Below, one piece after another: positions 39,226-50,220 of a stretch of DNA of 64,000 nt. The notes beneath the pieces were generated by a model. The model was not told the origin of the DNA. It saw nothing but the letters and a program-made list of their open reading frames with translations, and ran no database searches. The stretch is from contig NC_086097.1 in the NCBI RefSeq assembly GCF_963921235.1, positions 65,536,001 to 65,600,000 on the forward strand, written 5' to 3'. How positions within the stretch are numbered: the stretch's first letter is position 1; each line of letters starts with the position of its first letter. The position numbers and the translations under genes were made by a program. The stretch is from Mobula hypostoma (lineage: Eukaryota).

Positions 39226-42200
39226 CATGATACACTCAGAAAGGTAGCAATACATCTCATTTCCCCTCAGTGTACTCACCATTCTTCAATTGTGCAGTAC
39301 AACTTATCAAAGTCAATTGGTCAATGTATAAAGTTTTACAAACTTATGTCATCACCTAAGCATAATCTTAAACAGGCCAAGAGCTGAAGTGCCTGTTCAC
39401 TATAGATTTTTGTGACACAATTCAAGGTAGTTTAAACCAAACGTCCTTCTACAGTTTCATCACCCAGTGTCAACACAAACATTCAAAACAAGATAGACAA
39501 TTCCAAATATGGACTGAAGTTACTGCTAACTTAAACATTTATCTTTTAAACAGCTGTCTCAGTTGCTTCATGAATCAGTTCTCTACTTTTGTTCTGTATA
39601 CAGCATCCTTGCAATAAACTCGATATCAGAATGCACACAGCATTTGCAATAAAAGATTAACTGAGAGCACAGATGAGTATGATCCAATAATTATTATGCA
39701 TATGTGGTTTCAGGATGACCAGTACTGGGTGCACAATATTCCAGGTTATATAATGTTCTCAAAGAATGGGCTAAAACAAAGTCAGGGTAGTATTTTTAAT
39801 CGAGGAAGTCATCAGAATGATGTTGAGTTGTGCATAGAAGCAGTAATTAGTAATAGAGAAATAGGTTTGGATTGAAATTACAGGTCCATAATCCCTTATC
39901 CGAAATCCTTGGGGCCAGTTGCACTTCGGAATTCAGAATTTTTCAGATTTTAGAAAATTAATAATTATATTGATATTTAACCTGTCTCTGTGCAGGTGGA
40001 CTTTAGGACCCAGGAGAGCTCCAGACATCCTCCCGTATACTCTAAATCATCTCTAGATTACTTATAATAGCTAATACAATGTAAATTCTATGTAAATAGT
40101 TGTTATACTGTATTGTTTAGGGAATAATGACAAGAAAAAAAGTCTGTGCATGCTCAAATGAGTGCTGGAGAGAGAACTTCCGGATTTTCCCAATCCGCGC
40201 TCTTTTTGACCTTTTCACAGTGAAATTAAACATAAAGTCAACAGTGAACACAAAACGTTTAGTTAAGTGGGATAAATAAAGACTACAAATACTATTACAG
40301 TTTTATTATACATTCAATAAAACATAAAAATACACAGCTTCAATCGAACCAAATCAAACACATGGTAAATGACGTAAATACTCTAGGAAATATACAGGTT
40401 CAAACTAAGCTAGTTAAGTTGCATTACGTCTGGCAAACAAAGCTAAATACTCTACAGGTACCTGATGGGCCAGGAACAGCATTCTCAAGTTCTGAAGCAG
40501 CACTACGACAGACAGCGTTCTTAAAGACTTCTTCAAGTGTCGTCTGTCTCATTAACATAGGTTTATGTCTAAGCAATCTTTCTTTAACTGAGTAAACTGC
40601 CATAATCTCTTGCTCACTGATAAATGCACATTGTTCAAGGCCAGCAATTAACTGTTCACACATTTTTATCATATCATCTCTGGGATTTTTTCACCCGTAT
40701 TCACTATGTCATCATCACTACTATCTTCATGCTTATCTGTATTTAACACCATTTTAACAATTACCCCATCACTCAAGGAATGCACAACAGGTGCATCATT
40801 GTCAATGTTCAGCATTTCTTCGATGTCAGCTTCCTCTAAATTATTTACACTTTCGTTCAGTAACATTTTAGCGCAAGTTACGAGGTTTGATATCATCTTC
40901 TCATTAGTGACACGAAATCCTTCAAAGTCTTGATCTGTAGGTTCACTTACATTAAACATCATTGTAGGCCAAAGTCTGTGCCAAACATTTGTTAATGTTA
41001 ATTTATCAACATCATTCCAAGCATTAGCAACTGCGTAAATGGCATCCTTAACATTGAATTCATCCAGGAAATCTTGGATTCCTACTCCTCTGTTGACTGC
41101 AGAAAGCATACAATTCAAAAATAGTCTTTATACTTGCTCTTCATGGAGCGTAAAACTCCTGATCACAAGGCTATAATATAGATATCACATTGGGGAGCAA
41201 GTAAATTGCAAAAACATCACTTTTCACAAGAAGTTCGGCAGGGGATGTGCACAGCAGTTGTCCAGGAACAATAAAATTTTAGTTTTCTTCCAGTCCAGCT
41301 TGGCTGCAATGAGCTCGTGCCGCTGGTACAAAGTTGTTATTGAACCAGTCAGAAAACATTTCTCGGGTTACCCATGCTTTCCTGTTTGCATAATAATGCA
41401 CAGGTAAATTGCATACACCTTTCAGACATCTCGGATGTTGGCTTTTTCTTATCACTGCCAACTTCACCTTGTGTATGCCTGCTGCATTGGCACACCCAAG
41501 AATAGTTAACCCATCCTTAGCATCTTTAAAACCTGTTGGTGCTCTCTCATCAGCCATTGTTAATGTTTTTCTCGGAACGTAGCACCAGTACAAAGCTGTT
41601 TCATCAGCATTGTAAATTTGTTCAGGGCTAAGGTTTTCATCAGATATTATCGTGGCAAATTTGTCAATGTAATTTTCAGCTGCTTCATGATCAGCAGAAG
41701 CTTTTTCACCACATATTTTCAGATATTTTACACCATGACTCTTCTTAAATTTCTGCAGCCAACCCTCTGAATATTGATACTCACCTTCAATGTTCAGTTC
41801 TTCATGGTATATTCTCGCTTGTTTCATGATCAACGTGCCATTCAGTGGCATACGTTCACTTCTTCATTGTATAATCCACTCAATCAACACACGGTCAAGA
41901 TCTTCACTTTTTGCCCTATGCATTGTTTTCCTGTTTTTCATTATTTATGGTCATCACTGTCACTAAAACTTCAGTAATTTGTCTTTGTTCCTTTAAATCA
42001 TATACAGTGGTAGTTCCAACACCATATTCTTCAGTAAGACACCGCACAGACACACCACAATCAAGCTTCTGCAATAACTCCACTTTCTGCATTATTGATA
42101 ATGATAGATGCTTCCTTCTCTTTTTCTCATTGTTACCCATAGGGGTATCTGCAGCTGTTTTTGACATTTTCACAGTGAAATTAAACACAAAGTCAACAGT

Positions 42201-42399
42201 GAACACAAAATGTCAGCGAACGGCAAATGCACGTGTAATTAGTATGATGCGCTGAGCCACAACTGACGTCTAGCTAGTGCTGCCACGTCACACCTACGTA
42301 ACGTCAGCTGTTGGCGAAAAAAACTTCGGTTTTTGGAGCTTCATACATCAAAGTTGCTGGTGAACGCAGCACGCCAAGCAGCATCTATAGGAAGAGGCG

Positions 42400-42438
42400 C
42401 AGTCGACGTTTCAGGCCAAGACCCTTCATCAGGACTAA
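42400..42438 (-). ncRNA. Minimal type-I hammerhead motif, intact core
   Basis: Reverse complement reads AGTC-CTGATGA-AGG(gtcttgg)CCT-GAAAC-GTC^GACT. Confidence 0.85.
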
Positions 42439-45400
42439 CTGAAGGAAGAGTGAGTAAGGGATTTGAAAGCTGGAGGGGGAGGGGGAGATGCAAAATGATA
42501 GGAGAAGACAGGAGGGGGAGGGATAGAGCCGAGAGCTGGACAGGTGATAGGCAAAAGGGGATACGAGAGGATCATGGGACAGGAGGCCTAGGGAGAAAGA
42601 CGGCGGGGGGGTGACCCAGAGGATGGGCAAGAGGTATATTCAGAGGGACAGAGGGAGAAAAAGGAGAGTGAGAGAAAGAATGTGTGCATAAAAATGAGTA
42701 ACAGCTGGGGTACGAGGGGGAGGTGGGGCCTAGCGGAAGTTAGAGAAGTCAATGTTCATGCCATCAGGTTGGAGGCTACCCAGACGGAATATAAGGTGTT
42801 GTTCCTCCAACCTGAGTGTGGCTTCATCTTTACAGTAGAGGAGGCCGTGGATAGACATGTCAGAATGGGAATGGGATGTGGAATTAAAATGTGTGGCCAC
42901 TGGGAGATCCTGCTTTCTCTGGCAGACAGAGCGTAGATGTTCAGCAAAGCGGTCTCCCAGTCTGCGTCGGGTCTCACCAATATATAAAAGGCCACATCGG
43001 GAGCACCGGACGCAGTATATCACCCCAGTCGACTCACAGGTGAAGTGATGCCTCACCTGGAAGGACTGTTTGGGGCCCTGAATGGTGGTAAGGGAGGAAG
43101 TGTAAGGGCATGTGTAGCACTTGTTCCGCTTACACGGATAAGTGCCAGGAGGGAGATCAGTGGGGAGGGATGGGGGGGACGAATGGACAAGGGAGTTGTG
43201 TAGGGAGCGATCCCTGCGGAATGCAGGGGGGAGGAGGGAAAGATGTGCTTAGTGGTGGGATCCCCTTGGAGGTAGCGGAAGTTACGGAGAATAATATGTT
43301 GGACCCGGATGCTGGTGGGGTGGTAGGTGAGGACCAGGGGAACCCTATTCCTAGTGGGGTGGTGGGAGGATGGAGTGAGAGCAGATGTACGTGAAATGGA
43401 GGAGATGCGTTTAAGAGCAGAGTTGATAGTGGAGGAAGGGAAGCCCCTTTCTTTAAAAAATGAAGACATCTCCCTCGTCCTAGAATGAAAAGCCTCATCC
43501 TGAGAGCAGATGCGGCGGAGACGGAGGAATTGCGAGAAGGGGATGGCGTTTTTGCAAGAGACAGGGTGAGAAGAGGAATAGTCCAGATAGCTGTGAGAGT
43601 CAGTAGGCTTATAGTAGATATCAGTGGATAAGCTGTCTCCAGAGACAGAGACAGAAAGATCTAGAAAGGGGAGGGAGGTGTCGGAAATAGACCAGGTAAA
43701 CTTGAGGGCAGGGTGAAAGTTGGAGGCAAAGTTAATAAAGTCAACGAGTTCTGCATGCGTGCAGGAAGCAGCGCCAATGCAGTCGTCGATGCAGCAAAGG
43801 AAAAGTGGGGGACAGATACCAGAATAGGCACGGAACATAGATTGTTCCACAAACCCAACAAAAAGGCAGGCATAGCTAGGACCCATACGGGTGCCCATAG
43901 CTACACCTTTAGTTTGGAGGAAATGGGAGGAGCAAAAGGAGAAATTATTAAGAGTAAGGACTAATTCCGCTAGACGGAGCAGAGTGGTCGTAGAGGGGAA
44001 CTGATTAGGTCTGGAATCCAAAAAGAAGCGTAGAGCTTTGAGACCTTCCTGATGGGGGATGGAAGTATATAAGGACTGGACATCCATGGTGAAAATAAAG
44101 CGGTGGGGGCCAGGGAACTAAAATCATTGAAAAGTTTAAGAGCGTGAGAAGTGTCACGAACATAGGTCGGAAGGGATTGAACAAGGGGTGATAAAACAGT
44201 GTCGAGGTATGCAGAAACGAGTTCGGTGGGGCAGGAGCAAGCTGAGACAATAGGTCGGCCAGGACAGGCAGGTTTGTGGATCTTGGGTAGGAGGTAGAAA
44301 CGGGAAGTGTGGGGTGTGGGAACTATAAGGTTGGTAGCAGTGGATGGGAGATCCCCTGAGCGGATAACGCCATCCCCTTCTCGCAATTCCTCCGTCTCCG
44401 CCGCATCTGCTCTCAGGATGAGGCTTTTCATTCTAGGACGAGGGAGATGTCTTCATTTTTTAAAGAAAGGGGCTTCCCTTCCTCCACTATCAACTCTGCT
44501 CTTAAACGCATCTCCTCCATTTCACGTACATCTGCTCTCACTCCATCCTCCCACCACCCCACTAGGAATAGGGTTCCCCTGGTCCTCACCTACCACCCCA
44601 CCAGCCTCCGGGTCCAACATATTATTCTCCGTAACTTCCGCCACCTCCAACGGGATCCCACCACTAAGCACATCTTTCCCTCCCCCCCTCTCTCTGCATT
44701 CCGCAGGGATCGCTCCCTACACAACTCCCTTGTCCATTCGTCCCCCCCATCCCTCCCCACTGATCTCCCTCCTGGCACTTATCCGTGTAAGCGGAACAAG
44801 TGCTACACATGCCCTTACACTTCCTCCCTTACCACCATTCAGGGCCCCAAACAGTCCTTCCAGGTGAGGCATCACTTCACCTGTGAGTCGACTGGGGTGA
44901 TATACTGCGTCCGGTGCTCCCGATGTGGCCTTTTATATATTGGTGAGACCTGACGCAGACTGGGAAACCACTTTGCTGAACATCTACGCTCTGTCCGCCA
45001 GAGAAAGCAGGATCTCCCAGTGGCCACACATTTTAATTCCACATCCCATTCCCATTCTGACATGTCTATCCACGGCCTCCTCTACTGTAAAGATGAAGCC
45101 ACACTCAGGTTGGAGGAACAACACCTTATATTCCATCTGGGTAGCCTCCAACCTGATGGCATGAACATTGACTTCTCTAACTTCCGCTAGGCCCCACCTC
45201 CCCCTCGTACCCCAGCTGTTACTTATTTTTATGCACACATTCTTTCTCTCACTCTCCTTTTTCTCCCTCTGTCCCTCTGAATATACCTCTTGCCCATCCT
45301 CTGGGTCACCCCCCCCCGCCGTCTTTCTCCCTAGGCCTCCTGTCCCATGATCCTCTCGTATCCCCTTTTGCCTATCACCTGTCCAGCTCTCGGCTCTATC

Positions 45401-45483
45401 CCTCCCCCTCCTGTCTTCTCCTATCATTTTGCATCTCCCCCTCCCCCTCCAGCTTTCAAATCCCTTACTCACTCTTCCTTCAG

Positions 45484-45522
45484 TTAGTCCTGACGAAGGG
45501 TCTCAGCCTGAAACGTCGACTG
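45484..45522 (+). ncRNA. Minimal type-I hammerhead motif, intact core
   Basis: AGTC-CTGACGA-AGG(gtctcag)CCT-GAAAC-GTC^GACT. Confidence 0.85.
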
Positions 45523-46244
45523 CGCCTCTTCCTATAGATGCTGCTTGGCCTGCTGCAACTTTGATGTATGTTGCTTGAATTTCCAGCATCTGCAGAATTC
45601 CTGTTGTTTGGTTTTTGGAGCCTTTTGGATTTCAGAATTTCGAATAAGGGATTGTGGACCTGTACAAAGACCACAGGAGAGAAGCTATGGGTGGGAGCAG
45701 TCTTATAAGGGTGCCAAAATGTGACCTCTTGATAGAGCAAAGCATGAATGGGAAATATCTAGGTCCATTCTTGGGCATGTTTGAAGGGAACTGAAACTAT
45801 CATGGGAAATCTTAATGCCACCAAGGTGGAGTTGATTAAGTTGACTAAAAAAAAAATCAGTTCTGAAATATGCCAGTAGACCAACAAGGGAATAATATGG
45901 CAAGAACATAACACAAAAAGAAAGTGGGATTTGATGAGAAAGGGGCAATCTGGATTAACTAAGGAGGTCAAGGACATTGTTAAAATGAAAATTGAAGTAT
46001 ACGAAGTGGAAAAAGTCAGTGAACAGGGAATGTTTTATGTCCTCACAGTGAAAAACCAAAAAGCTTATAAGTAGTACAAAAGTTAAAGTTGAGAGAAACT
46101 TTGTGTGTAATATCCAAACAAACAAGTTTCTATGGATATACAAATAAAAAGGCATTGGCTGAGGCTGATATGGGACCCCTTGAGAATGAATTTGGTGAAT
46201 TATTAACAGGAAACAAACACAGAAAGCAGTAAATAATAGACAAG

Positions 46245-46472
46245 CAACACACATAAAAAATGCTGGTGGAATGCAGCAGGCCAGGCAGCATCTATAGAAA
46301 GAGGTACAGTCAACGTTTCGGGCCGAGACGTTTCATCAGGACTAACTGAAAGAAGAGATAGAAAGAGATTTGAAAGTGGGAGGGGGAGATCCAAAGTGAT
46401 AGGACAAGACAAGAGGGATGGAGCTAAGAGCTGGAAAGTTGATTGCATCTGATTTCCTCGTGCTTGCATTTT
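46245..46472 (-). mobile_element. PLE pLTR insertion with a short inverted tail, inside old CR1 fragments (~45680-46830)
   Basis: 15 bp TSD TAAATAATAGACAAG (46230-46244 / 46473-46487). Hammerhead core at ~46308-46345(-). Confidence 0.85.
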
Positions 46473-46836
46473 TAAATAATAGACAAGGTAGTTTAATATC
46501 CCTTAACTAATTGCTCAAATAAAGTTCAGAATGATCTGGGTGTTCTTGCGCATGAATCTCAAAAAGTTGGCACACAGGGCCAACAAATTGGCCTTGATTG
46601 TGGAACAGTTCATGCTTATGAATGTTTGGGTTTGATACAGTCACACAGATGCACCCAAAAGTTTTAAAGGAAGTCACTGCAGAGCACATGAAACCACAGA
46701 TTTAGACTCCTTACCCTAAAATAAGATACCACGTCATTTAAAGTTAAGGTATATAGAACATTCTGCCCTCAGAGGGTAGGGAATCTCGAATTCTCTACCC
46801 CATCCCTAATGGTGGGGCAATCCAGATCATCAGATA

Positions 46837-47390
46837 CAATCAATGGCCTCCTTTTGTTTTTATATAGGTACAACTGTACACCAGCTTGTTAATGCAAATA
46901 TCTAATCAGCCCATCATATGGCAACAACTCAATCCATAAAAGCATGCAGACATGGTCAAAAAGTTAAGTTTTTGTACAAGCCAAACATCAGAATAAGGAA
47001 GAAATGTGATTTGAGTAACTTTGACTTTGGAATGATTGTTGATGTCAGATGGGGTGTTCTGAGTATCTCAGAAACTGATCTCCTGGGATTTTCACACACA
47101 TATTCACTGGAATTTACAGAGAATGGTGCAAAAAAAAAACAAAACAAAAACATTTAAGTGTCAGTTCTGCAGGTGAAAACAAACTGCTTGTTAATGAGAG
47201 AGGTCAGGAGAATGGTCTAGGCTGATTCAAGCTGACAGGAAGGTGACAGTAACTCAGATAACCACATCTTACAAAAGTGGTGTGCAGAAGAGCATCTCTG
47301 AATGCATATGTCAAACATTGAAGTGGATAGGCTACAACAGCAGATCATTCAGTATTTCACTTGTGTATCTAATAAAGGGGCCACTGAGTA
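46837..47390 (+). mobile_element. Tc1-like non-autonomous element
   Basis: Degenerate TIRs TA|CAATCAATGGCC...ATAGGTACA and TGTATCTAATAAAGGGGCCACTGAGT. Transposase N-terminal remnant 'KKCDLSNFDFGMIVDVR.G.LSISET'. Confidence 0.7.
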
Positions 47391-48354
47391 CATATTTATT
47401 ATAGATAAATATTTGCAAGATCAGGAAATGGAAGATTATGGGGAGGTGGCACAGAAAAGTAGATCATACAATATCATACTGAATGTCAGATAAGCTTGAA
47501 GGACCTGGAAATCAACCCTTATTTTCTTGTGCCTTTGTTTAATTACAACTCTCGAGACAGTCCGCACATGTCAGCATCACTACAAGGGAAAAAAAAAGAA
47601 GCAAAATGGGAACATTTATTCTATCCCATCTATATGGGTACTTAGAAGGAACTAATTAGTTCAATGTACTGAAACCCAACAGCTTGAATTACAACTTTCC
47701 ACCCAAATAATTGCCTCAATCTCCATGGAAAAAAGGATATTAAATCTGTTTCTGTCATGCTACACACCATCATCCTCATCCCGCTGAAATGCTTTTGTGA
47801 AATATTTGCAAGATCAAGAAATTAAAGATATGGGGGGGTGACAGAACAGTTGAGGCTAGCATATTGCTAAATACTAAATGCTAAATTCAGTTTCTTGTTG
47901 GCACTTCCAATGTCAATGCTTAGTTTTCCAAAACTCTAACAATATTATATTTCTGTATAAATTCATCCCCTTTTCTTCCAATGAGGGTAAGCCAACTTCC
48001 CTATTCTCTCCACAGCACAAATCCTACTCTGGCACCAAGTAAATGTCCCCCAAATCCTTTCACAAGTACCCAAATCTGGTCATAATATTTTAACTGACTC
48101 AAAATGTAAACACAATATCCTTGTTGTTGTAACCTATGTCTCTTTTAACGAAAGTACCCCACCCCAAATCCAAATGTTTTTATTTCCCACCACCCCAGTT
48201 CACTTCCCCTGGATTTGTACTTGCACAAATTACTACATCTCAATCATTTCTGGCAAAATAGACAAACCTAAAATGGTAATATTGCTCCACTCTCCTCATA
48301 TACTCTGAACTCTTTCCAGCATTTTGTTTTATTACAAATGACCCAAACACCAGA

Positions 48355-48990
48355 TTTAAGACACGATACTGGAAAAGGTGAAGAAACAATTCACAAGGAT
48401 GTTACCAAGATTTCACTGCTTGAGTTACAGGAGGCTAAGTAAGCTCCACCCCCAGGAGCAGAGGAGGCTGAGGGGTGGCCTTACAGAGATATACAAAATA
48501 ATGAAGGGCATGGACAAGATGAATGGTCACAGTCCTTACCTCAGGGTTGGGGAGTCCAAAACAAGATACAAGTTTAAGGTGAGATTGAAACTCTAGAGGA
48601 GCAATTTTGTTCTCCACAGAGGGTGGTAGGTATATGGAACAAACTGCAAGAGTAAGTTGCAGAAGCAGGTACAATCACAATGCTTAAAAGACTTTTTGAC
48701 ATGTGTACTTCTCATATACCTGTTTCATTAGAGTAAAGAGCTTTCGTGGGAGGCAAAGAAAGCAGATATGGGAATCTTGAGGAATAGGTAAAATTTTGAG
48801 GGAACTCAGTGGGTCAGGCAGCATCTATGGAAGCAAACAGACAGTTGGTGTTTTGGGTCAAGACCCTTCATCTGGACAGGTTTAGTGGAATGTGGGACAA
48901 ATGGAGCAAATAGAACCAGGTCAGGTGGAAAACTTGGTTAGTATCGAAAAGTTGAGCCAAGGAGCCTATCACTATACCACATAACAGTAT
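48355..48990 (+). mobile_element. Old CR1 3' end with a nested PLE pLTR piece (~48765-48878)
   Basis: ORF 48378-48596 'KQFTRMLP...RRLRGGLTEIYKIMKG'. Confidence 0.7.
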
Positions 48991-49429
48991 GACAAAATCC
49001 AAACATTAGCATTTTGAATTCCTAATTACACTTCCATGCAGGGGAAAAAAGATATTAATAATGCATGTAAATGCTTTCACATCTCAGCCACAGGCCAACT
49101 GGCAAGAGCTGCTCAACTGTCTAATTAAGCTACACCCACTTTGTCTTAGAACATTAACTACTTAATTCCAAATGTATTCTTTTTCAAAACTTCCGGTCAA
49201 ATCATAAAATGTCAAAGTTCAAAACTCAAAACCTGAATCTGAGCAGTATTCAAACCCTATCGCTAGAAAAAAAGTTAAAAGAGAATAATTTTATTCAATT
49301 TCTATATTCTGCACAAATACTGCAGGTGAAAGCCATTTAAACTCAAGTTCTTAACGTGAAAGTACATCAGGAATGACACCGTTGCAACTCTGAGCTTGTT
49401 CTACAGGATTAAAACCAAGCTCACCAGTA

Positions 49430-50220
49430 TCCAAAACTGCTTTCGAGAAAAAGATCCAGCATTCGCCGCACGTGTATTAATTTACAATTTCTTTGTGTGT
49501 TCTTAGAATGTAGGCGACTCCTGTAAAGCCTTGCCCTAATGACCCTTAACAACATTTAGAATCACCATTACTCGCAGACACACAGAACAACACAAACGAC
49601 AGAAACGGGTTTAGCAGCTTAGTTTGGACTCAAACGACTTCACCATTATTCACAAATCACTCATTCTAAAAATATGCATTTGTGTTTTAGCTTTGCTTCC
49701 AACTCACCCGCGGATCCTCCGGCAACTGTTTGATGTGACGCTTCTCTCAAAAAACTCTGGTGTTTAGCCGTCATTTCCGACCCTGGAACAAATGTATATA
49801 ATTTTTTATTTAATCATGTTATAGTAGCCAAAAACAGAATTTGAGTAAAATGACTTAGAGTTACACAACCGCTCCAACCTCTGTTGAAAGTTCTGAAAGC
49901 TACTCAACGTGTTCGGGCAATGACCAGCTGTTCAGAACGAAATGATACGAGGGTAAAGCGTGAGATCAGCAGAGGCGGAGACTGCAGTAAACCAAATTGA
50001 GCAGGCAAAAAGAACCAAACGGACGGGAGGAGCTAATGAGAGGCAAATAGGAGTCAATGCGGAGAGTGTAAGGAAGGCAATGGTAATTTGAGGTACAACA
50101 TAGAAGTCTTGTGCCTGCGTAAGGTAGAACTCAAAGAGTAATCCTGAGAAGAGCTCGGCTCGCGAGGGGTACGGAAATGGAAAACAAAAGCCGCAAATTG
50201 GTAGTGACACAGGAAGTCTA
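49430..50220. promoter_or_regulatory. Putative promoter / weak CpG island
   Basis: Non-repetitive and visibly CpG-enriched against a CpG-depleted background. ETS-like CGGAAA/AGGAAGT, CACGTG (~49470), TGACG (~49736) and TCGCGA (~50160). Confidence 0.5.
49708..49782 (-). CDS. Candidate 75 nt exon with possible start codon at 49774 (MTAKHQSFLREASHQTVAGGSA)
   Basis: acatttgttccag|GGTCGGAAATGACG...TCCGCGG|gtgagt. Strong splice sites, only one open frame, ends in phase 1. Confidence 0.5.

Larger units (their letters stand above)
42340..45609. mobile_element. PLE, inverted composite (minus arm 42342-44365: RT + GIY-YIG + pLTR; plus arm 44366-45609: thumb + GIY-YIG + pLTR + tail)
   Basis: ORF 43053-44087 has MDVQSLYTSIP, GVAMGTRMGPSYA and CIDDC. 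GIY-YIG in both arms. 12 bp TSD GGTTTTTGGAGC (42328-42339 / 45610-45621). Confidence 0.95.
39881..45662 (-). mobile_element. Tigger (pogo) DNA transposon with decayed jerky-like transposase (~40420-42170), interrupted by a PLE
   Basis: TA|CAGGTCCATAATCCCTTATCCGAAAT ... ATTTCGAATAAGGGATTGTGGACCTG|TA. HTH 'KRRKHLSLSIMQKVELLQKLDCG', CENP-B HTH 'SEGWLQKFKKSHG', DDE 'QIYNADETALYW'. Frameshifted. Confidence 0.93.

Noticed and set aside
40424..42206. Domesticated jerky/TIGD-like host gene
   Set aside because: Frameshifted and flanked by intact TIRs with a TA TSD, so it is a dead transposon.
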